DNA of 57,354 bases from Candidatus Sumerlaeales bacterium (GTDB taxonomy: Bacteria > Sumerlaeota > Sumerlaeia > Sumerlaeales > Sumerlaeaceae), in the NCBI GenBank assembly GCA_036675025.1, contig JAKFFN010000298.1, positions 1 to 57,354 on the forward strand, given 5' to 3'. The position numbers and the translations under genes are program-made. The notes below the pieces were generated by a model. That model worked only from the letters and a program-made list of their open reading frames with translations, searched no databases and had not been told where the DNA came from. Below are positions 38,731 to 48,861 of the stretch, piece after piece (position 1 is the first letter of the stretch; each line of letters begins with the position of its first letter).

Positions 38731-39231
38731 CTACATCTCAGGGGGACGCTGACTAAGTTCCCTATCAAGATCTAACAAGGCCGGGCCATCACCGTTTATA
38801 AGTTCCAGTTTACGGACGATGGTTCTGGCCGTTTTTTCTTCTTCCACCTGCTCTGTCAGGAACCATTGAAGCTCGGCCGCGGTAGCATAAGCTTTTTCCT
38901 GAAGGGCAAGTTCGTACAGGTTGTTAATGGCTTCGCTTACTTGCTCTTCCTGTGCGAGGGACTGTTGAAACATATCCTGCAGAGAGGCAAAATCTACTGC
39001 CGGTGCTGGTATTGGCCTGAGTTCAATTTTTGCACTGCGATCAGCCAGAAATTCGTAAAGCTTCATGGCGTGCTCTTTTTCTTCCTGACTTTGAGTACGC
39101 ATCCATGCGGCAGAGCCCAGGAAGCTTTGTCTTTCGCACCATGCAGACATGGAGAGATAGGTATAGCTGGAGCTAAACTCCATATTGATCTGCTCGTTAA
39201 TGGCATCTTGCATCTTTTGAGAAAGCTTCAT
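38731..39231 (-). CDS. ftnA: Non-haem ferritin
   Basis: INEQINMEF.SSY.YLSMSAW, QSQEEKEHAMK, LQWF..EQVEEE ferroxidase ligands. Confidence 0.95.
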   Translation of the reverse strand: MKLSQKMQDAINEQINMEFSSSYTYLSMSAWCERQSFLGSAAWMRTQSQEEKEHAMKLYEFLADRSAKIELRPIPAPAVDFASLQDMFQQSLAQEEQVSEAINNLYELALQEKAYATAAELQWFLTEQVEEEKTARTIVRKLELINGDGPALLDLDRELSQRPPEM

Positions 39232-39332
39232 TTTCTTTACCCCGATGGTGTAGGATTGAGTCGACTCATGGCGTTACGCTGTGGGAATATCCAGAACAAA
39301 ATGTCGGCGGCTTAGCCGATGCAGTTGGTATC

Positions 39333-40184
39333 TCAGATTAGCTGTTTTTGTGCCGCCCGCTCTACAAAACCCCGCACCAGGCTTGTCAGTTTTGGTTCAG
39401 CAATTTCCACGGTTTTGAGGATGCGGTCGAGCGATACCGGCTCCAGGGCATCTGGCAGACACTCATCTGTAACCGTAGAGATACACAACACCTTCATGTT
39501 GGCGTGAACTGCCGCAATGACCTCCGGTATGGTAGACATGCTGACTATATCAGCGCCGATGCGCTGGAACATGCGGTATTCGGCTGCCGTTTCGAAGCTG
39601 GGCCCGGTAACCGAGACGAGTATCCCCCTGTGCACTCCGGGAATCTGCAGTTCGAGCGCCGCATCTTCGGCTACCTTTATAAGTTCACGATTGTAGGGTT
39701 CACTCATGTCGGGAAACCGGGTACCAATGGCTTCGTCGTTAGGGCCGATAAGGGGATTGTCGCCCATCAGGTTAATGTGGTCTTGCACCAGGACCAGGCT
39801 GGCGGCCGGAATAAGTGGATTGACGCTGCCGACGGCGTTCATTACCAGAAGAGTCTCAGCGCCGAGGGCACGCATAACCCTTACCGGGAACGCGATCTGC
39901 TGCATGGTATAGCCCTCATAGAAGTGAAAGCGGCCCTGCATCATGACGGTGGGCGTTCCGTGGAAATCGCCCAGGTGCAGCCGACCAGCGTGGCTCTCGA
40001 CTGTGCTTACAGGGAAGTGGGGGATTGACTCGTAACCGATGATATCTGCTTCGTGCATGTCTGTAGCCAAGCTACCCATACCAGTTCCCAGGATGACAGC
40101 CAGCCTGGGAGATTTGCTGCTTTTGCTTTTTATGAATTGGACGGCTTCTTCAATTTCCCTGCGGGCCGGGCGCGGGTTGGTCAT
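39333..40184 (-). CDS. punA: Purine nucleoside phosphorylase (trimeric PNP/MTAP family)
   Basis: ILGTGMG, IPHFPVSTVESHAG, QGRFHFYEG, DHINL, RFPDMS, GPSFET.AE, MSTIPE. Start ATG 40184. Confidence 0.94.
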   Translation of the reverse strand: MTNPRPARREIEEAVQFIKSKSSKSPRLAVILGTGMGSLATDMHEADIIGYESIPHFPVSTVESHAGRLHLGDFHGTPTVMMQGRFHFYEGYTMQQIAFPVRVMRALGAETLLVMNAVGSVNPLIPAASLVLVQDHINLMGDNPLIGPNDEAIGTRFPDMSEPYNRELIKVAEDAALELQIPGVHRGILVSVTGPSFETAAEYRMFQRIGADIVSMSTIPEVIAAVHANMKVLCISTVTDECLPDALEPVSLDRILKTVEIAEPKLTSLVRGFVERAAQKQLI

Positions 40185-40273
40185 CGTTTTGCTATCTCCA
40201 CATTCCTTAACATGGTTCCGATGCTTGCGGCATTGGGCGCCGCTCGTCAATTGCGAATATGAAGATTGCGAGT

Positions 40274-40291
40274 TTGTGAAATAAATCACAA
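40274..40291. promoter_or_regulatory. Palindromic operator, Rex-like (also matches the CRP/FNR core), upstream of ndh
   Basis: TTGTGAA-ATAA-ATCACAA: one mismatch to the Rex consensus TTGTGAA-N4-TTCACAA and an exact TGTGA-N6-TCACA; ends 18 nt before the ndh ATG. Confidence 0.72.
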
Positions 40292-40309
40292 TGTCTGGAA
40301 AGGTGAGTA

Positions 40310-41695
40310 ATGGCAGAAGTTACAGTAGCCCCCAGCACTAGAGGTTCCAAAACCTCTGTTGTAATAGTAGGAGCGGGCTTCGCTGGCCTATATTGTGCGC
40401 AGAAATTAGGCAGGCGAAATCTTTCTATAACGCTCATTGATCGCCGAAACTTCCACCTGTTCCAGCCGCTGCTCTACCAGGTGGCGACGGGCAGTCTTTC
40501 TTCAGGAGACATTGCTTCGCCAATTCGGACCGAGTTTGCGGACCAGGATAACGTGACGGTGTTGCAGGCCGAGGTTACAGGTTTTGATGTGGAGCGGAAG
40601 CTGGTGGAACTGCAGGATGCAGACGCCGTAACGTATGACTATCTTGTTGTTGCAACCGGTTCCCACCACCACTATTTTGGCAAAGAGGAGTGGGAGCCGC
40701 TGGCGCCCGGACTCAAGACCCTTGAAGATGCGCTGGAAATGCGAAGCCGGATTCTGCATGCATTTGAAGAAGCAGAACGGGCGGCAAAGGACCAGGCACG
40801 GTCTACGGCGGCGTTAACTTTTATAATCGTTGGCGGAGGTCCTACCGGAGTTGAACTGGCCGGCACTATCGGTGAACTCGCTCACCTGACCATGCGCGGA
40901 GAATTCCGTAATATTGATCCACGAAAAGCGCGAATTATACTGGTCGAAAACGATGATCGAGTGCTGCCGATGTACGATCGTCCATCATCTGACAAGGCTG
41001 GTAAATACCTGGAACAACTGGGCGTGGAACTAAAGCTTGGTTACAAGGTGACGGATGTAACGGCTTTTGACGCAGAGCTGACTGGCCTGGGTAAGGTAGA
41101 AAGAATTCCCTGCCGGACCGTATTATGGGCCGCTGGAAACAAAGCCTCACCGCTTGGGAAAGCGCTGGCTGAAAGAACTGCAGCCACTACTGATAGAGCC
41201 GGACGGGTTACTGTAAATGAGTTTCTCAACATACCCGAACACCCCGACATTTTTGTGCTTGGTGATATGGCATTGAGCACTGGGGCAGATGGAAAGCCAC
41301 TGCCGGGAATTGCTCCAGTTGCCATGCAGCAGGGCAAATACACGGCGCAGGAGATTACGCGGCGGATGAAAGGGAAGGCGCCTGAGCCGTTCAAGTATTT
41401 TAACAAGGGTTCTCTCGCCGTGGTGGGACGCAACCGTGCTGTTGCGGAACGCGGTTCCCTTCACTTTGGTGGCTTCGTTGCGTGGCTTATGTGGGCATTC
41501 ATCCACATTGCTTACCTGATCGAGTTCCAGAATCGTGTCGTAGTGATGCTGCGGTGGGCGATTAACTATTTCTCCCGGAAGCGCGGAGCGCGGCTGATCA
41601 CCGGAGAAGGGTTGCCTGCACCGCAAGTCGCAGAGCCATCAGGTGTTCATCCGGAGCAGGGGATGCCTGCTGATCCTCAGCGGCACACTATCTAA
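40310..41695 (+). CDS. ndh: Type II NADH:quinone oxidoreductase
   Basis: VIVGAGFAG, FQPLLYQVATG, YDYLVVATG, PGLKT.EDA, VGGGPTGVELAG, LWAAG, IFVLGD, F.Y..KG.LA..GR, AWL.W...HI..L. Confidence 0.95.
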   Translation: MAEVTVAPSTRGSKTSVVIVGAGFAGLYCAQKLGRRNLSITLIDRRNFHLFQPLLYQVATGSLSSGDIASPIRTEFADQDNVTVLQAEVTGFDVERKLVELQDADAVTYDYLVVATGSHHHYFGKEEWEPLAPGLKTLEDALEMRSRILHAFEEAERAAKDQARSTAALTFIIVGGGPTGVELAGTIGELAHLTMRGEFRNIDPRKARIILVENDDRVLPMYDRPSSDKAGKYLEQLGVELKLGYKVTDVTAFDAELTGLGKVERIPCRTVLWAAGNKASPLGKALAERTAATTDRAGRVTVNEFLNIPEHPDIFVLGDMALSTGADGKPLPGIAPVAMQQGKYTAQEITRRMKGKAPEPFKYFNKGSLAVVGRNRAVAERGSLHFGGFVAWLMWAFIHIAYLIEFQNRVVVMLRWAINYFSRKRGARLITGEGLPAPQVAEPSGVHPEQGMPADPQRHTI

Positions 41696-41735
41696 TGATG
41701 GAAGAGTCACTTGAACTGGAGCAGACGGTGATTTC

Positions 41736-42752
41736 CTATATTACGTCGGCGAGGCTTGGGGCATAGTGGCCGTCTCGTCCGCGTGTTGAGGGCGAAGCAA
41801 CCATGGAATTAAGTACTGCCTCCACGGTCGCATCAGCCGCGGCCGCAAATAACTGATCGATTCGATTCTCGTTAAGTTGTTGCGCTGGCACAATATCACG
41901 GGGTTCATCATGGCGAATACGCCAGGCCGTTGAAAAACCAACAACAATGTCGCCGCTACCATGACCCCAAATCGATCCCAACTGCGCCAGGCCTGCACCG
42001 CACCGCTTTATGACGCGCTGCAGCTGCCGGTTACTCAGTGGAATATCTGTCGCAAGTACGATGATTACTGAACCGCGCTCCTCTGCCTTCTCTGCAGGCG
42101 GCGCCGGTCGCCTACCGTCTGGCAAGACCAAGGAGCCGGCACTTCCGAAGTTGGTAAGCGTTAACACGCCGATATGGTAGCTTTTCTGGTCGAGCGGAAT
42201 CATCCGGGAGGCTGTGCCTATACCGCCTTTAAAACCGAAACAGCGCATTCCTGTACCGGCACCAACTGATCCCTGCACCACTGTCACGTCGCACGCATTC
42301 TTTATGGCCTCGATGGCATCAGATTCTGACACTGCAAGGGCCTGTATATCGCTCAACCACCCGTCATTGCATTCGCAGACAACCGGGTTTACTGTTGAGG
42401 TTCTTCTACCGATTTCCGGATTCTCTTTAATGGCTTCACGGATCAGGGCGGTTGCGCATGTTCCAACACTTAACGTATTGGTAAGTAATATTGGAGTTTC
42501 AATTTGTCCAAGCTCTGCAATTTGCATGAGGCCAATGCTTTTGCCAAATCCATTGATCACTTCCACAGCTGCAGGCACTTTTTCCTGGAACAGGTTTCCC
42601 CCGTGTGGAAGTATTGCGGTCACACCTGTACGCAGGTTGTCCCGAAGAAGGGTCTGGTGCCCGACCAATACTCCTGACACATCTGTTATCGCGTTGAGTT
42701 TGCCAGGCTGCAGATTTGATCTTATCAGTCCGAGGTCGCGGGCAAGTGGCAT
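41736..42752 (-). CDS. dmpA: P1-family peptidase (DmpA, L-aminopeptidase/D-esterase)
   Basis: NAITDV.GV.VGH, NGFGK..G, TPILLTNT, ECNDG.L.D, GAGTGM..FGFKGGIGTASR, G/S autocleavage site (ERGSVIIVLATD), GSGD. Confidence 0.93.
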   Translation of the reverse strand: MPLARDLGLIRSNLQPGKLNAITDVSGVLVGHQTLLRDNLRTGVTAILPHGGNLFQEKVPAAVEVINGFGKSIGLMQIAELGQIETPILLTNTLSVGTCATALIREAIKENPEIGRRTSTVNPVVCECNDGWLSDIQALAVSESDAIEAIKNACDVTVVQGSVGAGTGMRCFGFKGGIGTASRMIPLDQKSYHIGVLTLTNFGSAGSLVLPDGRRPAPPAEKAEERGSVIIVLATDIPLSNRQLQRVIKRCGAGLAQLGSIWGHGSGDIVVGFSTAWRIRHDEPRDIVPAQQLNENRIDQLFAAAADATVEAVLNSMVASPSTRGRDGHYAPSLADVI

Positions 42753-42871
42753 AAGCGAGAGGCTCCAGAAGCAGGTATTAGGGTAAATTTCGGGCCGGAG
42801 AAGTTGGTGCTGTCAAGCGCGGTGACCAGGAGTACGGCGAGGGGCATCGGAGTAGCAGTCAAAGTGGTTAT

Positions 42872-42907
42872 AAAAAACTACCCCCAAACCTATCAGGATT
42901 TGGGGGC
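42872..42907 (-). terminator. Intrinsic terminator after tRNA-Lys
   Basis: Minus strand GCCCCCAAATCCT-GAT-AGGTTTGGGGGT then AGTTTTTT. Confidence 0.75.
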
Positions 42908-42924
42908 GATCTAGATCAATTAAG

Positions 42925-43000
42925 TGGTGGGCCGTCAGGGACTCGAACCCTAAACCAACAGATTAAGAGTCTGCTGCTCTACCAATTGAGCTAACGGCCC
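42925..43000 (-). tRNA. tRNA-Lys (anticodon CUU)
   Basis: GGGCCGTTAGCTCAATTGGTAGAGCAGCAGACT-CTT-AATCTGTTGGTTTAGGGTTCGAGTCCCTGACGGCCCACCA; 76 nt, full cloverleaf, encoded CCA. Confidence 0.98.
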
Positions 43001-43086
43001 GCCCAGCACCTTACCTCGTGCGAGCCGTATTTACACGGCCTTTAAGTGTTTATTTTCAAACGCCTGCAATTAACAGGAGCTGGCGA

Positions 43087-44400
43087 TTATGGGCAGCAGT
43101 ATTGCTCAAGTTCGCTGGCGCATCCGCACAATTCAGCAAGACGACGTACAACGTCGCCTACGGCGCGATTGGGAGTGCTTGCGCCTGCAGTAAACCCGAC
43201 TTTTAGCGGCAGCGCAGGCAGCCAGTCCTGTGCTATACCTACCTGGTGCGTATCCCAAGCCTGATGTTTGATCTCGGTTGCGGAGAGAAGGTGGCTCACA
43301 TCTTCAATGTGATAGGCTCTCGTATGCTGGCTGGCTATCTCAATCAGGTGGGTGGTATTAGAACTGTTAAAGCCGCCGACGACTAGAATGAGATCCAGGT
43401 CCTGCGTGATTAATTCCTGCACGGCGTCCTGCCGTTCCTGGGTGGCGGAGCAGATTGTGTCGAAGCTGCGGAAATGTTCACCTATGGCCTCTTCGCCATA
43501 ACGGTCTATCATGGCAACCTTCAGCATTGCGCCAATCTCAAGGGATTCGCTGCTGAGCATGGTTGTCTGGTTTGCCACACCAACGCGCTGCAGGTGGAGT
43601 TCTGGATTAAATCCGGCAGACACGGCTTTTGCAAACGTTGCGGCAATTGTGGATACCGGGACGTTACCACGGATGAAATCGCAGACCAGCTGCGCTTCGT
43701 CTTTATCGCGCACGATTATGTAATGGCCGCCATCGAATTGAGTAACGCGGCTGCTGGTGCCGATAGTTTCTTCGTGGCTGTATTTGCCATGGATGACGGC
43801 GGTAAAGCCCTCGCGGGCATATTTTTCTACGCGCTTCCAGACATGTATAACGGAGCCGCAGGTGGTATCGACCAGCGTGCATCCGCGCTGGCGCAGAAGT
43901 TCAACCTCACTTACGCTGGCGCCAAACGCGGGCAATAAAACCACGTCTTCGGGTTGAACATCCTTATACGAAGTTCCACCACTGTATTGCCCGTTTAAGA
44001 ACCGGATGCCCATTTCCATGAGCTTGTTGTTTACGCGCGGATTATGAATTATTTCGGTTGTTAAAAAGATGCGCCTATCGGGAAACATTCGGCGCGTCTG
44101 GTAGGCGTAATCAATGGCCTTATCAACGCCGTAGCAAAAGCCAAACTCGCGCGCCAGGTACATATCCAGTTTGGGAAGCTGAATCCGAAATTCATGCTGC
44201 CGGAAACAGTCGATTACATCGCTCGTATAGTCGGTCAGAATCTCATCTGAAACCTGACCTTTCAAGCCAAAGCCGTGACGGTAGATACCCGTAGCTGCAT
44301 CGGGCTTGCCGATGGGACTACGACTGGACGTAACTGTTTCCTCAATTGCCATAGATGTTAATTTATCCTGAAACCCCTGAAAATTCTCGGCTTTAGCCAC
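43087..44400 (-). CDS. ispH: 4-hydroxy-3-methylbut-2-enyl diphosphate reductase (long form)
   Basis: FGFCYGV, EIIHNP, DTTC, HEET, QTT, DTICSATQERQ, SSNT.HL, TAGASTP. GTG start. Confidence 0.96.
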   Translation of the reverse strand: MAKAENFQGFQDKLTSMAIEETVTSSRSPIGKPDAATGIYRHGFGLKGQVSDEILTDYTSDVIDCFRQHEFRIQLPKLDMYLAREFGFCYGVDKAIDYAYQTRRMFPDRRIFLTTEIIHNPRVNNKLMEMGIRFLNGQYSGGTSYKDVQPEDVVLLPAFGASVSEVELLRQRGCTLVDTTCGSVIHVWKRVEKYAREGFTAVIHGKYSHEETIGTSSRVTQFDGGHYIIVRDKDEAQLVCDFIRGNVPVSTIAATFAKAVSAGFNPELHLQRVGVANQTTMLSSESLEIGAMLKVAMIDRYGEEAIGEHFRSFDTICSATQERQDAVQELITQDLDLILVVGGFNSSNTTHLIEIASQHTRAYHIEDVSHLLSATEIKHQAWDTHQVGIAQDWLPALPLKVGFTAGASTPNRAVGDVVRRLAELCGCASELEQYCCP

Positions 44401-44417
44401 ATTACTGGCTCTGATCG

Positions 44418-44891
44418 CTACTCATGCAGATGTACCCATGACCTGCAGCCGGCGTACTCTGTTGTCTCGACAAATTCGAGTGGAGAAGCGAGGGCCTCCA
44501 CAGCTAACTCAATAACGTACAGCGGGCGCTCAGGCTTGTAGGTGAGACGCATCTGTATAAATTCAGTGTTCCAGATATGCCGATCGCGAAAGGGTAAGGC
44601 TTCATCAATTGTAGAAATCAGGTGCGCTTGAACCACCCGGGCTTTGCTTTTGATGGTGACAATGTGGCCGTGCTGTTGTGCCGTCGTCTGCTTCAACAGT
44701 TCCACGTATTGTGGTTTCAGAAGTTCTTCTTTCTGATGCTCGCGGGCCGGGTAGAGCAGAAACTGGCTGTGATCCAGTTGGAAGTCTCCAGTGCTTTCCT
44801 GGATTCCACCTTTACGCAGGATCACATTTTGCAGCCCCAGCTCCATCGCCCTGACTGCAACTGCCCATTCTTTAAGTGCGACATTGTCCAT
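44418..44891 (-). CDS. DUF1802-family protein
   Basis: ALKEWA.AV.A...G.Q..ILRKGGI.E, FLLYP..EHQ, HIW, GCRSWV. Start set at ATG 44891. Confidence 0.88.
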   Translation of the reverse strand: MDNVALKEWAVAVRAMELGLQNVILRKGGIQESTGDFQLDHSQFLLYPAREHQKEELLKPQYVELLKQTTAQQHGHIVTIKSKARVVQAHLISTIDEALPFRDRHIWNTEFIQMRLTYKPERPLYVIELAVEALASPLEFVETTEYAGCRSWVHLHE

Positions 44892-44895
44892 AATG

Positions 44896-44924
44896 AAAAA
44901 AGACCCTCCGTGAGGGAGGGTCTT
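44896..44924 (-). terminator. Intrinsic terminator after metK
   Basis: Minus strand AAGACCCTCC-CTCAC-GGAGGGTCTT-TTTT; perfect 10-bp stem. Confidence 0.85.
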
Positions 44925-44943
44925 CATAAAGTAAATGTTGGTT

Positions 44944-46080
44944 TTACTTGGACAGTGATGCAGCCTTGTCGGTGTTTTCCCAAGTGAAACCGTTGCCCTG
45001 GCGGCCAAAGTGGCCGTAAGCGGCGGTTTCTTTGTAAACAGGGCGCTTCAACTGCAGAGACTCAATGATGCCGCGGGGGGAGAGGTCGAAGTTTTTGGAA
45101 ACAATTGCAGTCAGTTCTTCATCGCTGACTTTTCCGGTGCCGAAGGAATCGATAGAAATCGACACAGGCTGCGCTACACCAATGGCATAAGCGACCTGAA
45201 CCTCGCAACGCTCAGCCAGGCCGGCGGCAACGATATTCTTGGCTACCCAGCGGGAAGCGTAAGCTGCGCTGCGGTCAACCTTGCTGGGGTCTTTTCCGCT
45301 GAATGCGCCGCCACCGTGACGTCCCATGCCACCGTAGGTATCAACAATAATCTTACGGCCGGTAAGGCCGGTGTCGCCGTGAGGACCGCCAACGACGAAA
45401 CGGCCAGTCGGGTTAACGTGGAGGATGATGTCGCTGGTGGAGTAACCAAGGTGATCACCAACCTGCGGGATCACGTGCTTCATGAGATCTTCACGAATTT
45501 GGGCAACTTCAACATCTTCACTGTGCTGGGTGGAAATGACAATGGTATGGACGCGTTTAGGTTTATTGTCTTCGTACTCAACCGTTACCTGGCTCTTGGA
45601 GTCGGGGCGAAGGTAGGGGAGTGTTCCGCTATGGCGAAGATCGGCTAACTTTTTGAGAAGCTGATGAGACATGATGATCGGGAGGGGCATGAGTTCAGGG
45701 GTCTCGTTGCATGCGTAACCAAACATCATTCCCTGGTCACCAGCACCTTCTTTATCAACACCCATGGCGATATCGGCAGACTGACGATCGAGGGAGATCA
45801 TTACGCCGCAAGAGCTGCCATTGATACCCATGTCATCGCTGGTGTAGCCGATGTCCAGCAGGGTCTTCCGCACGAGGGAACTGTATTCAACAGTGGCGTT
45901 GGTGGTGATTTCGCCTGCTACAACTACAAGACCAGTGGTGGCCAGACATTCACAAGCCACACGGCTGTTCGGGTCCTGCTCCAGGAGAGCGTCAAGGATC
46001 GCGTCGCTTAGCTGATCACATACTTTATCAGGATGTCCTTCCGAAACACTTTCAGAAGTAAAAAGAACCCGTTTTGCCAT
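44944..46080 (-). CDS. metK: S-adenosylmethionine synthetase
   Basis: [60 protein letters not shown]. Start ATG 46080. Confidence 0.98.
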   Translation of the reverse strand: MAKRVLFTSESVSEGHPDKVCDQLSDAILDALLEQDPNSRVACECLATTGLVVVAGEITTNATVEYSSLVRKTLLDIGYTSDDMGINGSSCGVMISLDRQSADIAMGVDKEGAGDQGMMFGYACNETPELMPLPIIMSHQLLKKLADLRHSGTLPYLRPDSKSQVTVEYEDNKPKRVHTIVISTQHSEDVEVAQIREDLMKHVIPQVGDHLGYSTSDIILHVNPTGRFVVGGPHGDTGLTGRKIIVDTYGGMGRHGGGAFSGKDPSKVDRSAAYASRWVAKNIVAAGLAERCEVQVAYAIGVAQPVSISIDSFGTGKVSDEELTAIVSKNFDLSPRGIIESLQLKRPVYKETAAYGHFGRQGNGFTWENTDKAASLSK

Positions 46081-46311
46081 CTTAGTCCACTGTCTCCACA
46101 AGGGTAAATATATGATGCGCCGGTAATACGGCAGGGCACCCGTGGGGAGTGCAATAGGAAAAAGAAAGTATTCTGCACCGGTTTAAGAAAAAACAGGGTG
46201 TCGGCCATATCGGATTGGGCTGGGGCTGGGCTGTAAAGGGCAGCGATATTGCCGCCTAAGCTTTGATGTTTATGTCAGCGCAGAGGTTGAGGTTAGTGTA
46301 TGGGCAACATC

Positions 46312-48861
46312 CTAAATAACAACCTCAGCTTTACCTGTGTTGCATACGGGCTCCGAATAGTACTTCGGATCAACCAGGGGCTGTTTAAGGGATAATCCAG
46401 CTTCTACGTCGAACTGCCAGCTTCCGGCATTCGCCGGACTGATCTGGTGTTGAAGCTTTATGATTTTTTCCCCCAATGCCTGAAGGTTTTGTTGTGACGT
46501 TTCATCCAACTGCCAGGTAGCCTTTACCGTCATCCGCGTAACGTCCTGCATAAGCACGCTGTTAATATCATGGGATAGTGGAGATGCGCACCCGTTCGGG
46601 TTTACCGCAACGGCAACAGTGTCCAATATAACAGCATCGCAGGTATCGCGAAAGAATTCGACTACTAGGTTCCCCGCTAGCGACAGGCTTGTGTCATTAA
46701 TCAGATTAAACCGAACTTGTATAGGAGGTTGGCCTCTCCTGCACATCATACGGGACCCACCGGCAAGGGGAAAGGTTGATTCAGTATCAGCCAGTGCCTC
46801 ATGCCATTGCTCCAGGGGAATGGCCGAGGCTGGTTTGCCATCAATCAGTAACTCCATGCTCAGGAGTACGGGTGCAAAAAAGTGCCGGCTGGCATGCCAC
46901 GCCTGTTTTGGCCGGCGGTAGTAATCGATGATTGACCAACTTATTGCGGGATAAGCATCGTGAAGCTGCCAGATCAGAACACCTGCTGTAGAGAAGCGTA
47001 AACGGCGCCAGTTCTCGACAGCACGTCGCAACACTTCTGCCTGAAGCGCCTGGCTTGTTTCTATCCAACCCGCCAGGTCTTGCGGAAGTTTATAGTGGGC
47101 TGCGATATAACGGGCTATCCGCTCCTGGCCTTCGATCATCTTTTGGTGATGAGCCAAGGACAGGTCCTCATAATCGGAGGCTCCCGGAGCAAACTGCCGG
47201 ATACTTGCTATATCCGGGTAAGCCTGCAGACCAAATTCCGTAATAAATCGACCGCGATCCAGCAGAAATGAATCGGTATGCTGCCATCCAGACCAGCCGT
47301 CCCAGCTGTGGCGGTCGCCTGCAGTTTCATCATTGTAGTCGGTTTTGTTCCGGCTGAAGGGACTGCTTTGGTGGTAGATTCGAGACGGGTCGAATTCTTC
47401 AACGACCTGCTTGATCAGGTGCGACCATATGGTTTCACCAATGATTTTCTGCTCATTGCCTTTTTTGAGGTCGCCAGTTTGATGCAGCCACTCGTTTTCG
47501 TTGTTGCCGCACCACAGCAGCAGACACGGATGGTTGCGCAGGCGCGTAACCTGGTAAACGGCTTCAGCTTCAACCTCGTCTAAAAAATCCCGATAGGTAG
47601 GATAGGCTGCAGTGGTAAACATGAAATCCTGCCACACGAGCACACCGAGCGTATCACACAGCTGATAAAAATCGTCGGTTTCATAGATTCCGCCACCCCA
47701 TACCCGCAGGCAGTTCATGCCTGCGCCAACAACCGCGCAGAGCAGCGTACGGTAGTCTTCCGGGTTTGCTTTGGCTGGAAGCATGGATACTGGAATCCAG
47801 TTTGCGCCGCGGCAGAAAATCGGGATTCCATTTACCGTTGGAACGAACGATTCTCCAATTGTATCTTTGGTGCGATCGACGGTTGCTGTTCTAACACCGA
47901 AAGTTGCCCGCTGCACCAGTTCATAGCTTGCACCAAGACGATCTGTCGCAGTGAGGGTTATTTCGACTTCATAGAGGGGCTGTTCGCCCATTCCAAGCGG
48001 CCACCATAGCCTGGCTTCAGGAAGGTCCAGGATGCGACGTAGAACGGAGGGCTTCGGCTTAATGGTAACCGATTCCGCTTTTTCTATCAGCGTTTCGCCG
48101 GTGATAGTATCTCTAATACGAATGACCAGATCGCCTGTGGCACGTCTACGCGATAGCAGGTCAACTGTTACAGTAGCTTGTGCATTCTGCACGGTTTCCT
48201 GTCCCGGCTCTACGGTCGGCAGGTGTGCGAAGTAAACGTAGGGGTTTGCCAGGTGCAGCGGCAGATTCTGCAGTAGCACAGGTGGCGTCAGCAGGGCAAC
48301 ACTGCTCAAGCGTGCGGTCCAGTCCCATCCCGTACGGCTCTGGCAACGGCGGGCGTGAACTCTTCCCGTATCAAAACCGGCAGGTAACTGGCCGTGGGCC
48401 GTTTCCATCATGGTGGTTACGTTGCGTGAGCTCCTCAGGTAGAGAAGTAGTAGATTCTCTTCTAATAGCAGAGATTCATCAATGTCAAAAACATACTCGC
48501 GGAACTCATTGCGCCCGCTCCCGATGAGATGCCCGTTGAGATACGCATCAAAGTAGCAGTCCACATGATTAAAAGAAACTTGAAGTTCATCATCTGCTGG
48601 AAAGGTCTCGCGCGGCAGAGAAAACTGCTTTCTCAGAACCCAATCAACGTCTTCAGTCCAGCGGTAATGGTGTTCGTTAAACCCCACCACTGGATCCGGA
48701 CCAAATCCACTTTCATGAAGCCACGAAATCGCATCAAATGGCAACGTGGCAGCTTTAAATTCCCAGGTGTCGGCTTCGGAAATATCAATGTGCTGACCCA
48801 TGGGTGTATGGCTGTGCGCGGATACTTCCCAGCCTTCGGCATCCAATTTTACTGATATCAT
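46312..48861 (-). CDS. GH2 beta-mannosidase-like glycoside hydrolase (no signal peptide)
   Basis: GWDW, LWWP.G.GEQPLY, RGANWIP, RVWGGGIYE, WQDFMF, WCGNNE (acid/base), RFITEFG (nucleophile), WQL.D..P..SWS.IDY. Confidence 0.92.
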   Translation of the reverse strand: MISVKLDAEGWEVSAHSHTPMGQHIDISEADTWEFKAATLPFDAISWLHESGFGPDPVVGFNEHHYRWTEDVDWVLRKQFSLPRETFPADDELQVSFNHVDCYFDAYLNGHLIGSGRNEFREYVFDIDESLLLEENLLLLYLRSSRNVTTMMETAHGQLPAGFDTGRVHARRCQSRTGWDWTARLSSVALLTPPVLLQNLPLHLANPYVYFAHLPTVEPGQETVQNAQATVTVDLLSRRRATGDLVIRIRDTITGETLIEKAESVTIKPKPSVLRRILDLPEARLWWPLGMGEQPLYEVEITLTATDRLGASYELVQRATFGVRTATVDRTKDTIGESFVPTVNGIPIFCRGANWIPVSMLPAKANPEDYRTLLCAVVGAGMNCLRVWGGGIYETDDFYQLCDTLGVLVWQDFMFTTAAYPTYRDFLDEVEAEAVYQVTRLRNHPCLLLWCGNNENEWLHQTGDLKKGNEQKIIGETIWSHLIKQVVEEFDPSRIYHQSSPFSRNKTDYNDETAGDRHSWDGWSGWQHTDSFLLDRGRFITEFGLQAYPDIASIRQFAPGASDYEDLSLAHHQKMIEGQERIARYIAAHYKLPQDLAGWIETSQALQAEVLRRAVENWRRLRFSTAGVLIWQLHDAYPAISWSIIDYYRRPKQAWHASRHFFAPVLLSMELLIDGKPASAIPLEQWHEALADTESTFPLAGGSRMMCRRGQPPIQVRFNLINDTSLSLAGNLVVEFFRDTCDAVILDTVAVAVNPNGCASPLSHDINSVLMQDVTRMTVKATWQLDETSQQNLQALGEKIIKLQHQISPANAGSWQFDVEAGLSLKQPLVDPKYYSEPVCNTGKAEVVI

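Noticed and set aside
42753-43000. tRNA-Lys as an integration site for an island
   Set aside because: No integrase and no duplicated tRNA 3' end seen in the window; a normal terminator follows.
46081-46311. SAM riboswitch or SahR/MetJ operator upstream of metK
   Set aside because: No SAM-I/II core could be identified by eye, and ACATCAAAGCTT is only a half-site; an Infernal/Rfam scan would be decisive.
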